A stretch of DNA of 49,363 nucleotides from Pelagibacteraceae bacterium (GTDB taxonomy: Bacteria; Pseudomonadota; Alphaproteobacteria; Pelagibacterales; Pelagibacteraceae). Shown here piece by piece: positions 19,275 to 27,933 of the stretch (position 1 is its first letter; every line of letters starts with the position of its first letter). The DNA lies in the NCBI GenBank assembly GCA_011526385.1, contig WTIW01000011.1, forward strand, positions 1 to 49,363, in the 5' to 3' direction. Under the pieces are notes generated by a model. The model did not search any database. It saw only the letters and a program-made list of their open reading frames with translations, and was not told the DNA's origin. The position numbers were made by a program, and so were the translations under genes.

Positions 19275-20369
19275 CTAATTTTTTAGTTGTTTTGGATGGT
19301 TCTCAAATTTTTCAACGTTTTCTGTTTTTATTGCTTTTTCTATTTGTTCAGGATCTTTTATATTTTCTAGTGTTCTTGTTATTGATCTTGCATCTGTTCC
19401 AAATTTATCAACGACGGTCATTGCTTCCTCTAATTTTTTTCTTAGAGAAATTATATTATCAAAATGTTTAGCAAATCTTGTGCTTATTGTTTTTAAATGG
19501 TTATAAATTTCAGTTGCACCCTTTTGAACTTTTAAAGATTGAAATCCCATATGAAGTGATTGAAGGTATGCTGATAGTGTATTTGGTCCACAAATTACAA
19601 TTTTATATTTTTTCATTAATTCTTGCGTTAACAGCTCTTTAGTACTTGGATCTTGATATTCAGTTAACTCTTTATATAAACTTTCAGTTGGAGCATATAC
19701 GATTGCAAAATCTGTTGTTTTTGGTGGAACGATATATTTTTCATTTACACTTTTAGCTTTTGCTTTAAATGCAGATGCTAGTTTTGTTTTTGCATCTGCA
19801 ACTGCTTTTTTATCATCAGCATCGTAACCATCTGTAATTGCTTTATATTTTTCTACTGGAAAATGGGAGTCCACTGGAACCAAAACATCGCCTTGAAGTT
19901 TAATTGCAAACTCAACATTCTCGCTCGTACTCTCCTTCATCTTCACATTCGTCATAAATTGTGATGCTGGCAATAAGTCTTTTATTAAAGCATCCAAACT
20001 AAATTCAGCTAAAACTCCATATTTTTTTACACCTGCTAAAATTTTAGTTATACCCTCTTGGCTTTGATTTAATAATTGTACTTGCTGGTTAAAATTCCCA
20101 ACTTTTTCGTCTACTTTTGTTAGTGCCTCAGTCATATCTTTTGTTACACCAGTAGATAAATTGTTAAACGAAGTCGACATTGCACCAAGCGAGGTATTAA
20201 TCGTGGAATTGAGTGTATCTTTTAAGCTTGAAATTTCTGATTTTAAATTTGTTATTTCCTCTGCTTCTTTATTTTCATCTTTTTTTTGTTTTGATTTTAA
20301 ATTTAAATATAGAGTAGTCGATGCCACACCTAACAACAAAGCTATAAGAATTAGTAAAACAACATCCAT
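19275..20369 (-). CDS. rmuC: DNA recombination protein RmuC
   Basis: N-terminal TM and coiled coil, G..AE..L, VPVDSHFP, KYI.PP.TTDFA, PTESLY, GP.TL. Confidence 0.9.
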   Translation of the reverse strand: MDVVLLILIALLLGVASTTLYLNLKSKQKKDENKEAEEITNLKSEISSLKDTLNSTINTSLGAMSTSFNNLSTGVTKDMTEALTKVDEKVGNFNQQVQLLNQSQEGITKILAGVKKYGVLAEFSLDALIKDLLPASQFMTNVKMKESTSENVEFAIKLQGDVLVPVDSHFPVEKYKAITDGYDADDKKAVADAKTKLASAFKAKAKSVNEKYIVPPKTTDFAIVYAPTESLYKELTEYQDPSTKELLTQELMKKYKIVICGPNTLSAYLQSLHMGFQSLKVQKGATEIYNHLKTISTRFAKHFDNIISLRKKLEEAMTVVDKFGTDARSITRTLENIKDPEQIEKAIKTENVEKFENHPKQLKN

Positions 20370-20407
20370 GATTCGTAAATATTTTTTATTTACAAGATTA
20401 AAGTTTT

Positions 20408-21085
20408 TTATTTTGAAATCAAATTAATAACTTTTTTAATTCCCTGAATTTTCAAACTTTTTTTAGATATCATTAGACAAGCTTGAGATTTTAAAATTTC
20501 ACCATCTTTTAAGATTCTAAGATTATTAGCCCTTAAAGTTTCACCGGTTGAAGTTATGTCTGTTATGATTTCAGAAGATCCCGTAAATGGGTAAATCTCT
20601 GTTGCACCAAGACTCTTGACTAATTTAAATTGAGTAACACCTCTATGAAATAGAAATTCTCTTGTTAAATTAGGATATTTAGTTGCAACTCTTAATCTGC
20701 TTTTCTTTTTATCTTTAAATTCAAAAGCTATTTCTTCTAAATCTGCTAATGTCTGAACATCAATCCAATCATTAGGTATAGCTATTACAAGTGTTGCATT
20801 ACCAAAGTTATATTTTTTCTTAACTAAGATTTTTTTTTGAATATTAATTTCACTTTCTTTCAATAGATCATAACCTGAAAAACCTATATCTAGAGATCCA
20901 TCTCCTAATCTTTCTACAATTTCTCTTGCGTGTAAGTAAGTAACATTGATATTTTTTAGTCCTTTAATATATCCAAATAAATCTCTTTCCCCACGTTCAG
21001 ATAAAAGTTTTAACTTATTTTTTGAAAAAACCTTTAAAACATCTTTTCTTAATCTTCCCTTACTTGGTATTCCAATATTAATCAT
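20408..21085 (-). CDS. hisG: ATP phosphoribosyltransferase, short form
   Basis: IPSKGRL, RVATKYP, GATE, DITSTGETL..N. Confidence 0.95.
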   Translation of the reverse strand: MINIGIPSKGRLRKDVLKVFSKNKLKLLSERGERDLFGYIKGLKNINVTYLHAREIVERLGDGSLDIGFSGYDLLKESEINIQKKILVKKKYNFGNATLVIAIPNDWIDVQTLADLEEIAFEFKDKKKSRLRVATKYPNLTREFLFHRGVTQFKLVKSLGATEIYPFTGSSEIITDITSTGETLRANNLRILKDGEILKSQACLMISKKSLKIQGIKKVINLISK

Positions 21086-22130
21086 ACAAATTTATAGCAG
21101 CTCCTACTGCTGGTATTCTTTTGTTTGATCCAAGATCTCCAATTAGATTATCGTATCTTCCACCGTTGATAATATTTATATTTTTAGATTTTCTTTTAAT
21201 TTCAATTTTAAACACAAGGCCAGTGTAATATTCTAGTTGTCTTCCAAATGAAGCTGAATATCTAATATTTAATTTTGAAACTTTATTTTTTGTTATTGGA
21301 AAATAGTTATTTTCAACTCTTAAATTAATTTTATATTTTTTGAAAAATAAATTTAATTTGTTTGCAGCTTGATTTATTGAACAATTTATTTTGAGGAATT
21401 CTTTAATAATTTTTACTACGTTTCTTCCCTTTTTCGCCCTCCTAGGGTCTTTTATTTTATTATTAAATCTTTCTAAAATTTCATTAACAGATCTTCCTGC
21501 AATCATTTTCAATTGATCTTGCTTAAGCATTTGTTGATATCTTTTTTTATCAATCTCAACAATTGTTGGGTCTACATCAGAATTTGTTTCCAATCGTTTT
21601 AAAAGATCATTAAAATAATTTTCTCTCCAAAAATGTCTTTGAAGTCTCAATCTCCATCTTTTTGGTATATCTAATTTATTTAAAAGAAGTTTGAATATCT
21701 CTACATTGCCAATTGTAAGGCTTCCTGAGGTGTAATTTATTTTTGATAAAGATTTAATAGAGGTTTCAATAATTCTTTTATCATCTTCTTTTTCTTTTTT
21801 AGAACCTATGATTTCAAAGCCAATCTGATTTTTTATTATTGGATCTGCTCTATTCAAAGTTTTTCTGAAAGCTTGACCACTATAAAATACTTTTCTAGTG
21901 CCTTTGGTTTTATCATTTAAATATTTTAAACAAGATGCAATCGTTAAGTCAGGTCTTAAACAAAGTTCATTTCCATTTTGATCATTAAAAGAAAAAATAA
22001 ATCTTCTAAAACTTTCACCTGATCTCTCCACAATGTGATTAGTTTCAATAACAGAGTCTAGTTTAATATATTTAAATCCTTTTGATCTTACAGATTTAAG
22101 AATATTTTCAGATAAGTTTTTTGATTTCAT
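21078..22130 (-). CDS. hisZ: ATP phosphoribosyltransferase regulatory subunit
   Basis: HisRS-like LRPDLT, YYTGLVF, GGRYD; between hisS and short hisG. Confidence 0.9.
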   Translation of the reverse strand: MKSKNLSENILKSVRSKGFKYIKLDSVIETNHIVERSGESFRRFIFSFNDQNGNELCLRPDLTIASCLKYLNDKTKGTRKVFYSGQAFRKTLNRADPIIKNQIGFEIIGSKKEKEDDKRIIETSIKSLSKINYTSGSLTIGNVEIFKLLLNKLDIPKRWRLRLQRHFWRENYFNDLLKRLETNSDVDPTIVEIDKKRYQQMLKQDQLKMIAGRSVNEILERFNNKIKDPRRAKKGRNVVKIIKEFLKINCSINQAANKLNLFFKKYKINLRVENNYFPITKNKVSKLNIRYSASFGRQLEYYTGLVFKIEIKRKSKNINIINGGRYDNLIGDLGSNKRIPAVGAAINLYD

Positions 22131-23496
22131 TTATAAGTTCATTTCTAGTTATTGATAACTGATCATTTTCTTTTGAAGAATTTAGTTTTTTTATTATTAG
22201 CTTTTCATCTTTGAGTTCATTTTCACCACAAATAATTGCTAAATCTAATTTTTTTCTATCCGCATACTGAAGTTGTTTTTTAAGATTTTTATTTTGATCT
22301 AAATATATTTCTGCAGGAATATTATTATCTCTTAGTTCATTTACTATTTCATAATATTTTTTGATAAAATTTTTATCTAAAATACAAACTAATACTGGTT
22401 TAGTTTTATTTACTTTAATTTTTCCTAATTGATTTATAGCGTATAAAAGTCTGTCTATTCCTATAGACATTCCACTTCCTTTATAATCAGCACCTTTAAA
22501 TCTCGCGATTAAGTTGTCATAACGTCCACCACTTGCAACGCTACCAATATTTATTTCTTTACCTTTTGCATTTGTTACTTTGAAGTTTAAATTAGTCTCA
22601 ACTAAGAACCCAGTATAGTAGCTAAGTCCCCTGATTTTTGTAACATCAATACTAATAGAATCTTGATTATTTCCATAAGACAATATCTCAAATAGTTCCT
22701 CTAATTCATTAATACCTTCAGCTGATAACTCATTTTTTAAATTTGATTTTAAATCTTTTATCTCTTTTAGATTAAGAAAGTTAATTATTTCTGAAACTTG
22801 GTTATCAGATAATTCACAACCTTTTGTAAAAGCACCAGATTGATCTTTTCTTCCAGTTTTTAATAATTCCTCTACTCCCTTTATTCCTAATCTATCTAAT
22901 TTATCTATAGACTTTAAGACCTTGTATTGCTTATCTTCTTCAATTTTAAGTTCATTGATTAAACCTTGTAAGATTTTTTTATTGGAAACATTTATTGTGA
23001 ATTGATCTTTGGTAAGTCCAATTTTTTTAAATGACTCGCTGATAATATTACATATTTCTGCATCAGCCTGTGATGGGTTTACATCTCCAATTATATCTGC
23101 ATCTAACTGAGCAAATGAACGGAACCTTGCGCTATCTGCCTTTTCTTGTCTAAATACATTTCCATAAGCAAATCTTTTATAAGGAAATACTAAATCTCTA
23201 AAATTTTCTGCACAAAAACGCGCTAAAGGAGCACTTAAATCATATCTTAATGTTAAAGACTCTTTTTCATTCACAAATGAAAAAACATCACTCATTGGAT
23301 TAGTTTCGTCTTCTGCTAGAAAGGAACCTATATTTTCGCTCTTTTCAAATTCTGGGGTCTCTAATTGCTCAAAACTATAATTAATAAATACGTCTTTTAT
23401 AGTATCTACTAATTTATTCTTAAGATTAAGTTCTTCGCCCCAACGATCTTTGAAACCTTTAGGTAAAGAGGCTTGAAGTTTTTTTTCTTTATTCAT
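22108..23496 (-). CDS. hisS: Histidine--tRNA ligase (start corrected to ATG 23496)
   Basis: LPKGFKD, LRYDL, RGLSYYTG, GGRYD, GIDR; the upstream part of the track ORF is the tRNA-His sequence. Confidence 0.95.
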   Translation of the reverse strand: MNKEKKLQASLPKGFKDRWGEELNLKNKLVDTIKDVFINYSFEQLETPEFEKSENIGSFLAEDETNPMSDVFSFVNEKESLTLRYDLSAPLARFCAENFRDLVFPYKRFAYGNVFRQEKADSARFRSFAQLDADIIGDVNPSQADAEICNIISESFKKIGLTKDQFTINVSNKKILQGLINELKIEEDKQYKVLKSIDKLDRLGIKGVEELLKTGRKDQSGAFTKGCELSDNQVSEIINFLNLKEIKDLKSNLKNELSAEGINELEELFEILSYGNNQDSISIDVTKIRGLSYYTGFLVETNLNFKVTNAKGKEINIGSVASGGRYDNLIARFKGADYKGSGMSIGIDRLLYAINQLGKIKVNKTKPVLVCILDKNFIKKYYEIVNELRDNNIPAEIYLDQNKNLKKQLQYADRKKLDLAIICGENELKDEKLIIKKLNSSKENDQLSITRNELINEIKKLI

Positions 23497-23500
23497 TTTT

Positions 23501-23577
23501 TGGTACACGGGGACAGATTCGAACTGTCGACCTTCGGTTCCACAAACCGCTGCTCTAACCAACTGAGCTACCCGTGC
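23501..23577 (-). tRNA. tRNA-His (GUG), no G-1, discriminator A73
   Basis: Reverse complement GCACGGGTAGCTCAGTTGGTTAGAGCAGCGGTTTGTGGAACCGAAGGTCGACAGTTCGAATCTGTCCCCGTGTACCA folds as a cloverleaf; CCA is encoded. Confidence 0.97.
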
Positions 23578-23619
23578 TCCTTTTTATTGTTTTATACTAA
23601 TTGTGGAAAAAATTAAATT

Positions 23620-23652
23620 TATAAATAATTAAATAGCTAGCGTGCAGCCAGC
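23620..23652 (-). terminator. Terminator-like hairpin GCUGGC-UGCAC-GCUAGC followed by UAUUUAAUUAUUU
   Basis: 6-bp stem; the G-U pair forms only on the minus-strand RNA; imperfect U tract. Confidence 0.4.
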
Positions 23653-23721
23653 ATGGAAATGGTGTCTGTGTGTACTTCTGAATGTTCCAGTTTTTTTAAT
23701 CATCGGGAAGTGGTTTAGCAT
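23629..23721 (-). CDS. Candidate His-rich leader peptide MLNHFPMIKKTGTFRSTHRHHFHAGCTLAI (alternative start ATG 23703)
   Basis: Hand translation; 4 His codons in 6 (CAC AGA CAC CAT TTC CAT); lies 51 nt upstream of tRNA-His/hisS/hisZ/hisG. Confidence 0.45.
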   Translation of the reverse strand: MLNHFPMIKKTGTFRSTHRHHFHAGCTLAI

Positions 23722-23746
23722 TTTAAATCTAAAATGCAATACTGAA

Positions 23747-23792
23747 TTGTATAGGAATAAAAATGCTAATTTAGCAATCTATCCCTATACAA
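23747..23792 (-). other. Long stem-loop 3' of the cold-shock gene (stabiliser or terminator-like)
   Basis: UUGUAUAGGGAUA pairs with UAUUCCUAUACAA (13 bp, one G-U), plus inner UGCUA/UAGCA stem. Confidence 0.6.
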
Positions 23793-23814
23793 ATGTTTTA
23801 AATGAAATAAATTT

Positions 23815-24027
23815 TTAAGAAATTTTCTTTAAATTTACTGCGCTTGGACCTTTGTCTCCGTCCTGAATTTCGAATTCTATTGCATCATTTTCATTCAAAA
23901 AACGAAGTCCTGCTTCACGAACTGCGCTCGCATGAACGAAACAATCCTTTTCACCGTCTTCTCTTTCTATAAAACCGTAGCCCTTCTTACCGTTGAACCA
24001 CTTAACTTTACCTTTTAATGTACTCAT
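23815..24027 (-). CDS. Cold-shock protein (CspA family)
   Basis: GKVKWFN, KGYGFI (RNP1), FVH (RNP2), KGPSA.NL. Confidence 0.96.
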   Translation of the reverse strand: MSTLKGKVKWFNGKKGYGFIEREDGEKDCFVHASAVREAGLRFLNENDAIEFEIQDGDKGPSAVNLKKIS

Positions 24028-24156
24028 ACTTATATTTTACTCTTTCTTATTAGTTTATTTACTCGCTAATTAAATTAGCAAACGCTGAGTATAAGAAAAT
24101 ATTGGATATAGCAAGATTATAATTGTTCTAGATTTGTTTATTTTACCACCATGAAG

Positions 24157-24232
24157 TGGTGGCTTCGGCGGGACTCGAACCAGCGACACAAGCCTTTTCA
24201 GGGCTCTGCTCTACCACCTGAGCTACGAAGCC
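24157..24232 (-). tRNA. tRNA-Phe (GAA)
   Basis: Reverse complement GGCTTCGTAGCTCAGGTGGTAGAGCAGAGCCCTGAAAAGGCTTGTGTCGCTGGTTCGAGTCCCGCCGAAGCCACCA; CCA is encoded. Confidence 0.96.
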
Positions 24233-24239
24233 ATAACTT

Positions 24240-24455
24240 TTAAGATCTAAAAATGATTCTACCTTTTGATAAATCGTAGGGACTTACTTCTAATCTTACT
24301 CTGTCTCCTTGTAAAACTCTGATACGATTTTTTCTGAGTTTACCTGCAGTATGAGCTGTCACATTATGTCCATTATCTAATTTAACTCTGAACATAGCGT
24401 TTGGAAGTAAGTCAGTGACTACCCCTTCAAACTCTAACGTATCTTGTTTTCCCAA
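24240..24455 (-). CDS. infA: Translation initiation factor IF-1 (TTG start)
   Basis: [26 protein letters not shown]. Confidence 0.97.
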   Translation of the reverse strand: MGKQDTLEFEGVVTDLLPNAMFRVKLDNGHNVTAHTAGKLRKNRIRVLQGDRVRLEVSPYDLSKGRIIFRS

Positions 24456-25721
24456 TTATTTACCTTTCATTCTTGATCTTATACTTTGAGCATGACCATC
24501 TAATTCTTCATACTCAGCGAGATGTGTAGCGTATTCTCCTATTTTCTCAATACCTTTTTTTGTGAGAGTTATATGGCTAATTTTTTTATAAAACTCATTC
24601 AAATTCAATCCAGATGAAAATTTTGCAGAACCTAAAGTTGGAAGAACATGATTAGTTCCAACATTATAATCACTAACAGCCATTGGTGAATATCTACCAA
24701 TACAAATGCTGCCCGCATTATGAATTTTGTTTAAGTAATTCTTATAATTATAAACGTTTAACTCTAAGTGTTCTGGGGCAATTTCATTTATCAAATCTAC
24801 TATTTGCTTGTCATTTTTAGCTAGAAGTATCAATCCATTATTTCTCAAGCTCTTTGTTGCTATATTTTTACGTGGAAGTTTTTTAAGCTTTTGAACAACA
24901 TCAGCTTTAAATTTATTTACTAAGTTTTTATCTTTAGTAATTAAAACACACTGTGAATTGATATCATGCTCAGCTTGTCCAATCATAGAAGTTGTAACAT
25001 CATCAAGATCAGTTTTATTATCAGCTAAAACAGTTATTTCAGAAGGGCCAGCAATCATCCCTTCTATTCCAACGTCACCAAATACTTCACGCTTACTTCT
25101 TGCAACATAAATATTTCCAGGCCCAACAATTTTATTAACTTTTTGAATATACGTTAAGCTTGCAATAGCTTGCGCTCCACCCATTGAGTAAATTTCTTTA
25201 ATTCCAAGTTTTTTTGCTGCATACAAAACTGAAGGATTTAATTTTCCATTAAGTTTAGGATTAGCCAGTACTATTCTTTTAACACCTGCAATTTTTGCAG
25301 GTATAGCATTCATTAATAATGTTGAAGGTAAATTTGCAGGCACATAAATACCAACGGATTGAATAGGTACATATTTATATTCGAGTTTGTTTTTAAATTT
25401 ATCCACATATTTTATATCTTTTACCTTTTGCTTTGAGTGAAATTTTAAAATTCTATCGTATGCAAAATCTATAGCTTTTTTTATCTTTGGATTTAATAAC
25501 TTAATTGATTTATTTATTTTTTGTGAGGAAGGAACTATCTCCGTATTTTTACTAAATTTTTTCTCATATTTTAAAAGAGCTTTTCTTCCGTTAATTTTAA
25601 TGTCTTTTAAAATCTTTGGAACTATCGCAGTATCTGTGGCCTTACCAGATCGCCTTTTATCTAAGAAAGATAATAATTCTTTATTATAATTTTTGTTTTT
25701 ACAATTAATTACTTTTATCAT
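24456..25721 (-). CDS. hisD: Histidinol dehydrogenase (start corrected to ATG 25721)
   Basis: GGAQAIA, GPGN.YV, AGPSE, QAEH, APEHLEL, NHVLPT. Confidence 0.95.
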   Translation of the reverse strand: MIKVINCKNKNYNKELLSFLDKRRSGKATDTAIVPKILKDIKINGRKALLKYEKKFSKNTEIVPSSQKINKSIKLLNPKIKKAIDFAYDRILKFHSKQKVKDIKYVDKFKNKLEYKYVPIQSVGIYVPANLPSTLLMNAIPAKIAGVKRIVLANPKLNGKLNPSVLYAAKKLGIKEIYSMGGAQAIASLTYIQKVNKIVGPGNIYVARSKREVFGDVGIEGMIAGPSEITVLADNKTDLDDVTTSMIGQAEHDINSQCVLITKDKNLVNKFKADVVQKLKKLPRKNIATKSLRNNGLILLAKNDKQIVDLINEIAPEHLELNVYNYKNYLNKIHNAGSICIGRYSPMAVSDYNVGTNHVLPTLGSAKFSSGLNLNEFYKKISHITLTKKGIEKIGEYATHLAEYEELDGHAQSIRSRMKGK

Positions 25722-26112
25722 TTTCAATTTTTTGGTCTTCCAAGACTGCTTCAACAATTTCTGAAGTGAGTGTTATAAATCGATTTTCTGAAAATAGTAG
25801 AGTTATTTCAAAATTATGTTCTCTCTTAAATAGATCTATTGCCAACAATTCTAGCTCTTTATCAGGTTCTGTTTGATCGATATTTTTTGATTTTGAAGAT
25901 TGAACAAATTCAAATTTGATTATGCTATTTATTAATTTTTTATCATCTTCATTTTCTCTATCTTTTCTTAACATTGAAATTAGAAAGATTTTGTTTGATG
26001 GAAGATATTTTATATCTGAAATCTTTACTTTGGCTTCTGAACAACATGCAGATATCATTTGAAGATCTTCTGGTGATTGAGCGATAATTTTTTTTAAGAA
26101 CTTTTTATCCAT
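25705..26112 (-). CDS. DUF2948-like protein
   Basis: EDLQMISA N-terminal motif; located between murA and hisD as in other alphaproteobacteria. Confidence 0.7.
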   Translation of the reverse strand: MDKKFLKKIIAQSPEDLQMISACCSEAKVKISDIKYLPSNKIFLISMLRKDRENEDDKKLINSIIKFEFVQSSKSKNIDQTEPDKELELLAIDLFKREHNFEITLLFSENRFITLTSEIVEAVLEDQKIENDKSN

Positions 26113-27374
26113 TAAGATAGTCTTTTGATTTTAACTCCAATTTTTTTTAGTTTGTTTTCAATTTTTTCATAACCTCTATCTAAATGATATATTCTATTAA
26201 TTGTCGATTGGCCTTTTGCAACTATTGCAGCAAGAACCAAGGCAACAGAAGCTCTTAAATCACTGGACATAAGTTCTGCACCTAAAAACTCTGTTTTCCC
26301 CTCAATTGTTGCCTTATTATCTTTTACAATTATTCTTGCACCCAATCTTCTTAGCTCTGCTACATGCATAAATCTATTTTCGAAAATACTTTCTGTGATT
26401 GTGCTTCTGCCATTCGCTTTACATAATAATACCATGAATTGGGCTTGTAGGTCGGTTGGGAAATTTGGATATTCTTTAGTTGTAATATTGGTAATGTTTT
26501 TTATTTTTTTTGGACCTTTAATATTTATTTCATTTTTACTTGTCTTTATTTTAGCACCCACTTTTTTTAACAAGTTTAATTCTGTTTGAATAACATTTGG
26601 GTTAAAATTCTTAATTACTAAATCACCTTTTGCTAAGGTTGCTGCTACACAAAATGTTCCTGTTTCTATTCTATCACCCATTACTGAGTAGGTTGTCTGA
26701 TTTAAAGAATTAACACCAATAATTTGGCATGTTCTTTTTCCAATCCATTTTATATTTGCTCCAGCTGATTTAAGAAAATTGGTTAAATCTTTTATTTCTG
26801 GTTCTATTGCACAATTTTTTAAGATAGTTTTTCCATTTGCAAGACAGGCTGCAATAATTGAATTTTCTGTTGCACCAACACTAATTTTTGAAAATTTAAT
26901 ATTAGCACCCTTAAGTTTTCCTTTTGAACTTGCGTGTATGTAACCTTTTTTTATTTCATATTTCATACCAAGTTTTTTAAGTGCATTTAGGTGGTAATTT
27001 ACTGGTCTAGCTCCAATGGTGCAGCCACCGGGAAGAGATGTGATAGATTTATGATATTTCGCAACTAAAGGCCCAAGAACTAATATTCCTGCTCTCATTG
27101 TTTTAACAAGTGAGTATGATGCAAAATGTTTGGGTTTTGTAGTTTTTGAGATTTTTACAGTTTTCTTATTTTTTAAATATTGAATTTTTGATCCAAGAGA
27201 TTTTAATAGATTTAACATTGTATCTATGTCCCTTACTTGTGGAAGGTTTTCTATTATTACCGGTTTATCGAATAACAATGTTGAGGCTAAGATCGGTAAT
27301 GCTGCATTTTTTGAGCCACTTATAGAGACTTGTCCCTTGATTTTACAAGGGCCCGTTATCAAAAACTTATCCAT
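26112..27374 (-). CDS. murA: UDP-N-acetylglucosamine 1-carboxyvinyltransferase
   Basis: GSKNAALP, PGGCTIGARP, SVGATEN, FPTDLQ, FENRFMH, DLRA. Confidence 0.97.
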   Translation of the reverse strand: MDKFLITGPCKIKGQVSISGSKNAALPILASTLLFDKPVIIENLPQVRDIDTMLNLLKSLGSKIQYLKNKKTVKISKTTKPKHFASYSLVKTMRAGILVLGPLVAKYHKSITSLPGGCTIGARPVNYHLNALKKLGMKYEIKKGYIHASSKGKLKGANIKFSKISVGATENSIIAACLANGKTILKNCAIEPEIKDLTNFLKSAGANIKWIGKRTCQIIGVNSLNQTTYSVMGDRIETGTFCVAATLAKGDLVIKNFNPNVIQTELNLLKKVGAKIKTSKNEINIKGPKKIKNITNITTKEYPNFPTDLQAQFMVLLCKANGRSTITESIFENRFMHVAELRRLGARIIVKDNKATIEGKTEFLGAELMSSDLRASVALVLAAIVAKGQSTINRIYHLDRGYEKIENKLKKIGVKIKRLS

Positions 27375-27375
27375 C

Positions 27376-27933
27376 TTATTTTATTTTTGCGACTTGTATC
27401 GTTGTTTGGCCCTGATATTTGCCATTCTTAGATTTATATGTTGTCTCTGGTTGTGTCTCTGATTTGAAAAATAAAAATTGTGCTATTCCCTCATTAGAAT
27501 AAATTTTAGCAGGATTTGGTGTTGTATTACTTAACTCTATTACAATATTGCCTTCAAATTCATTTTCTATTGGAGTTACATTACAGATAATTCCTGTTCT
27601 AGCATATGTGCTCTTTCCTACACAAATGCAAAGAACATCTTTTGGAATTCTAAAATATTCTACTGTTTTAGCTAAAACAAAAGAGTTCGGTGGAATAATG
27701 CAATGAGGTCCTTTTCTCTCAATAAAATTATCATCAGAAAAATTTTTTGGATCTACTAAAGAATTATTTACATTTGTAAAAATTCTATACTCATCAGATA
27801 TTCTAACATCATATCCCATACTACTAAGTCCATAAGATATTTTCCCTTCCGATACTTGGTGGTCTAAAAATGGATCAATCATATTGTGCTCCTTGCACAT
27901 TTTTTTAATCCACGAGTCTGGTTGAATAGACAT
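27376..27933 (-). CDS. dcd: dCTP deaminase
   Basis: ISYGLSS.GYD, IIPPNSF, GKSTYAR, NEG.AQ, GKYQGQ. Confidence 0.95.
   Translation of the reverse strand: MSIQPDSWIKKMCKEHNMIDPFLDHQVSEGKISYGLSSMGYDVRISDEYRIFTNVNNSLVDPKNFSDDNFIERKGPHCIIPPNSFVLAKTVEYFRIPKDVLCICVGKSTYARTGIICNVTPIENEFEGNIVIELSNTTPNPAKIYSNEGIAQFLFFKSETQPETTYKSKNGKYQGQTTIQVAKIK

Noticed and set aside
23497-23562. 22-aa N-terminal extension of HisS
   Set aside because: It is a translation of the tRNA-His gene.
25722-25757. Longer hisD start
   Set aside because: Extends further into the upstream gene; ATG 25721 gives a typical N-terminus.
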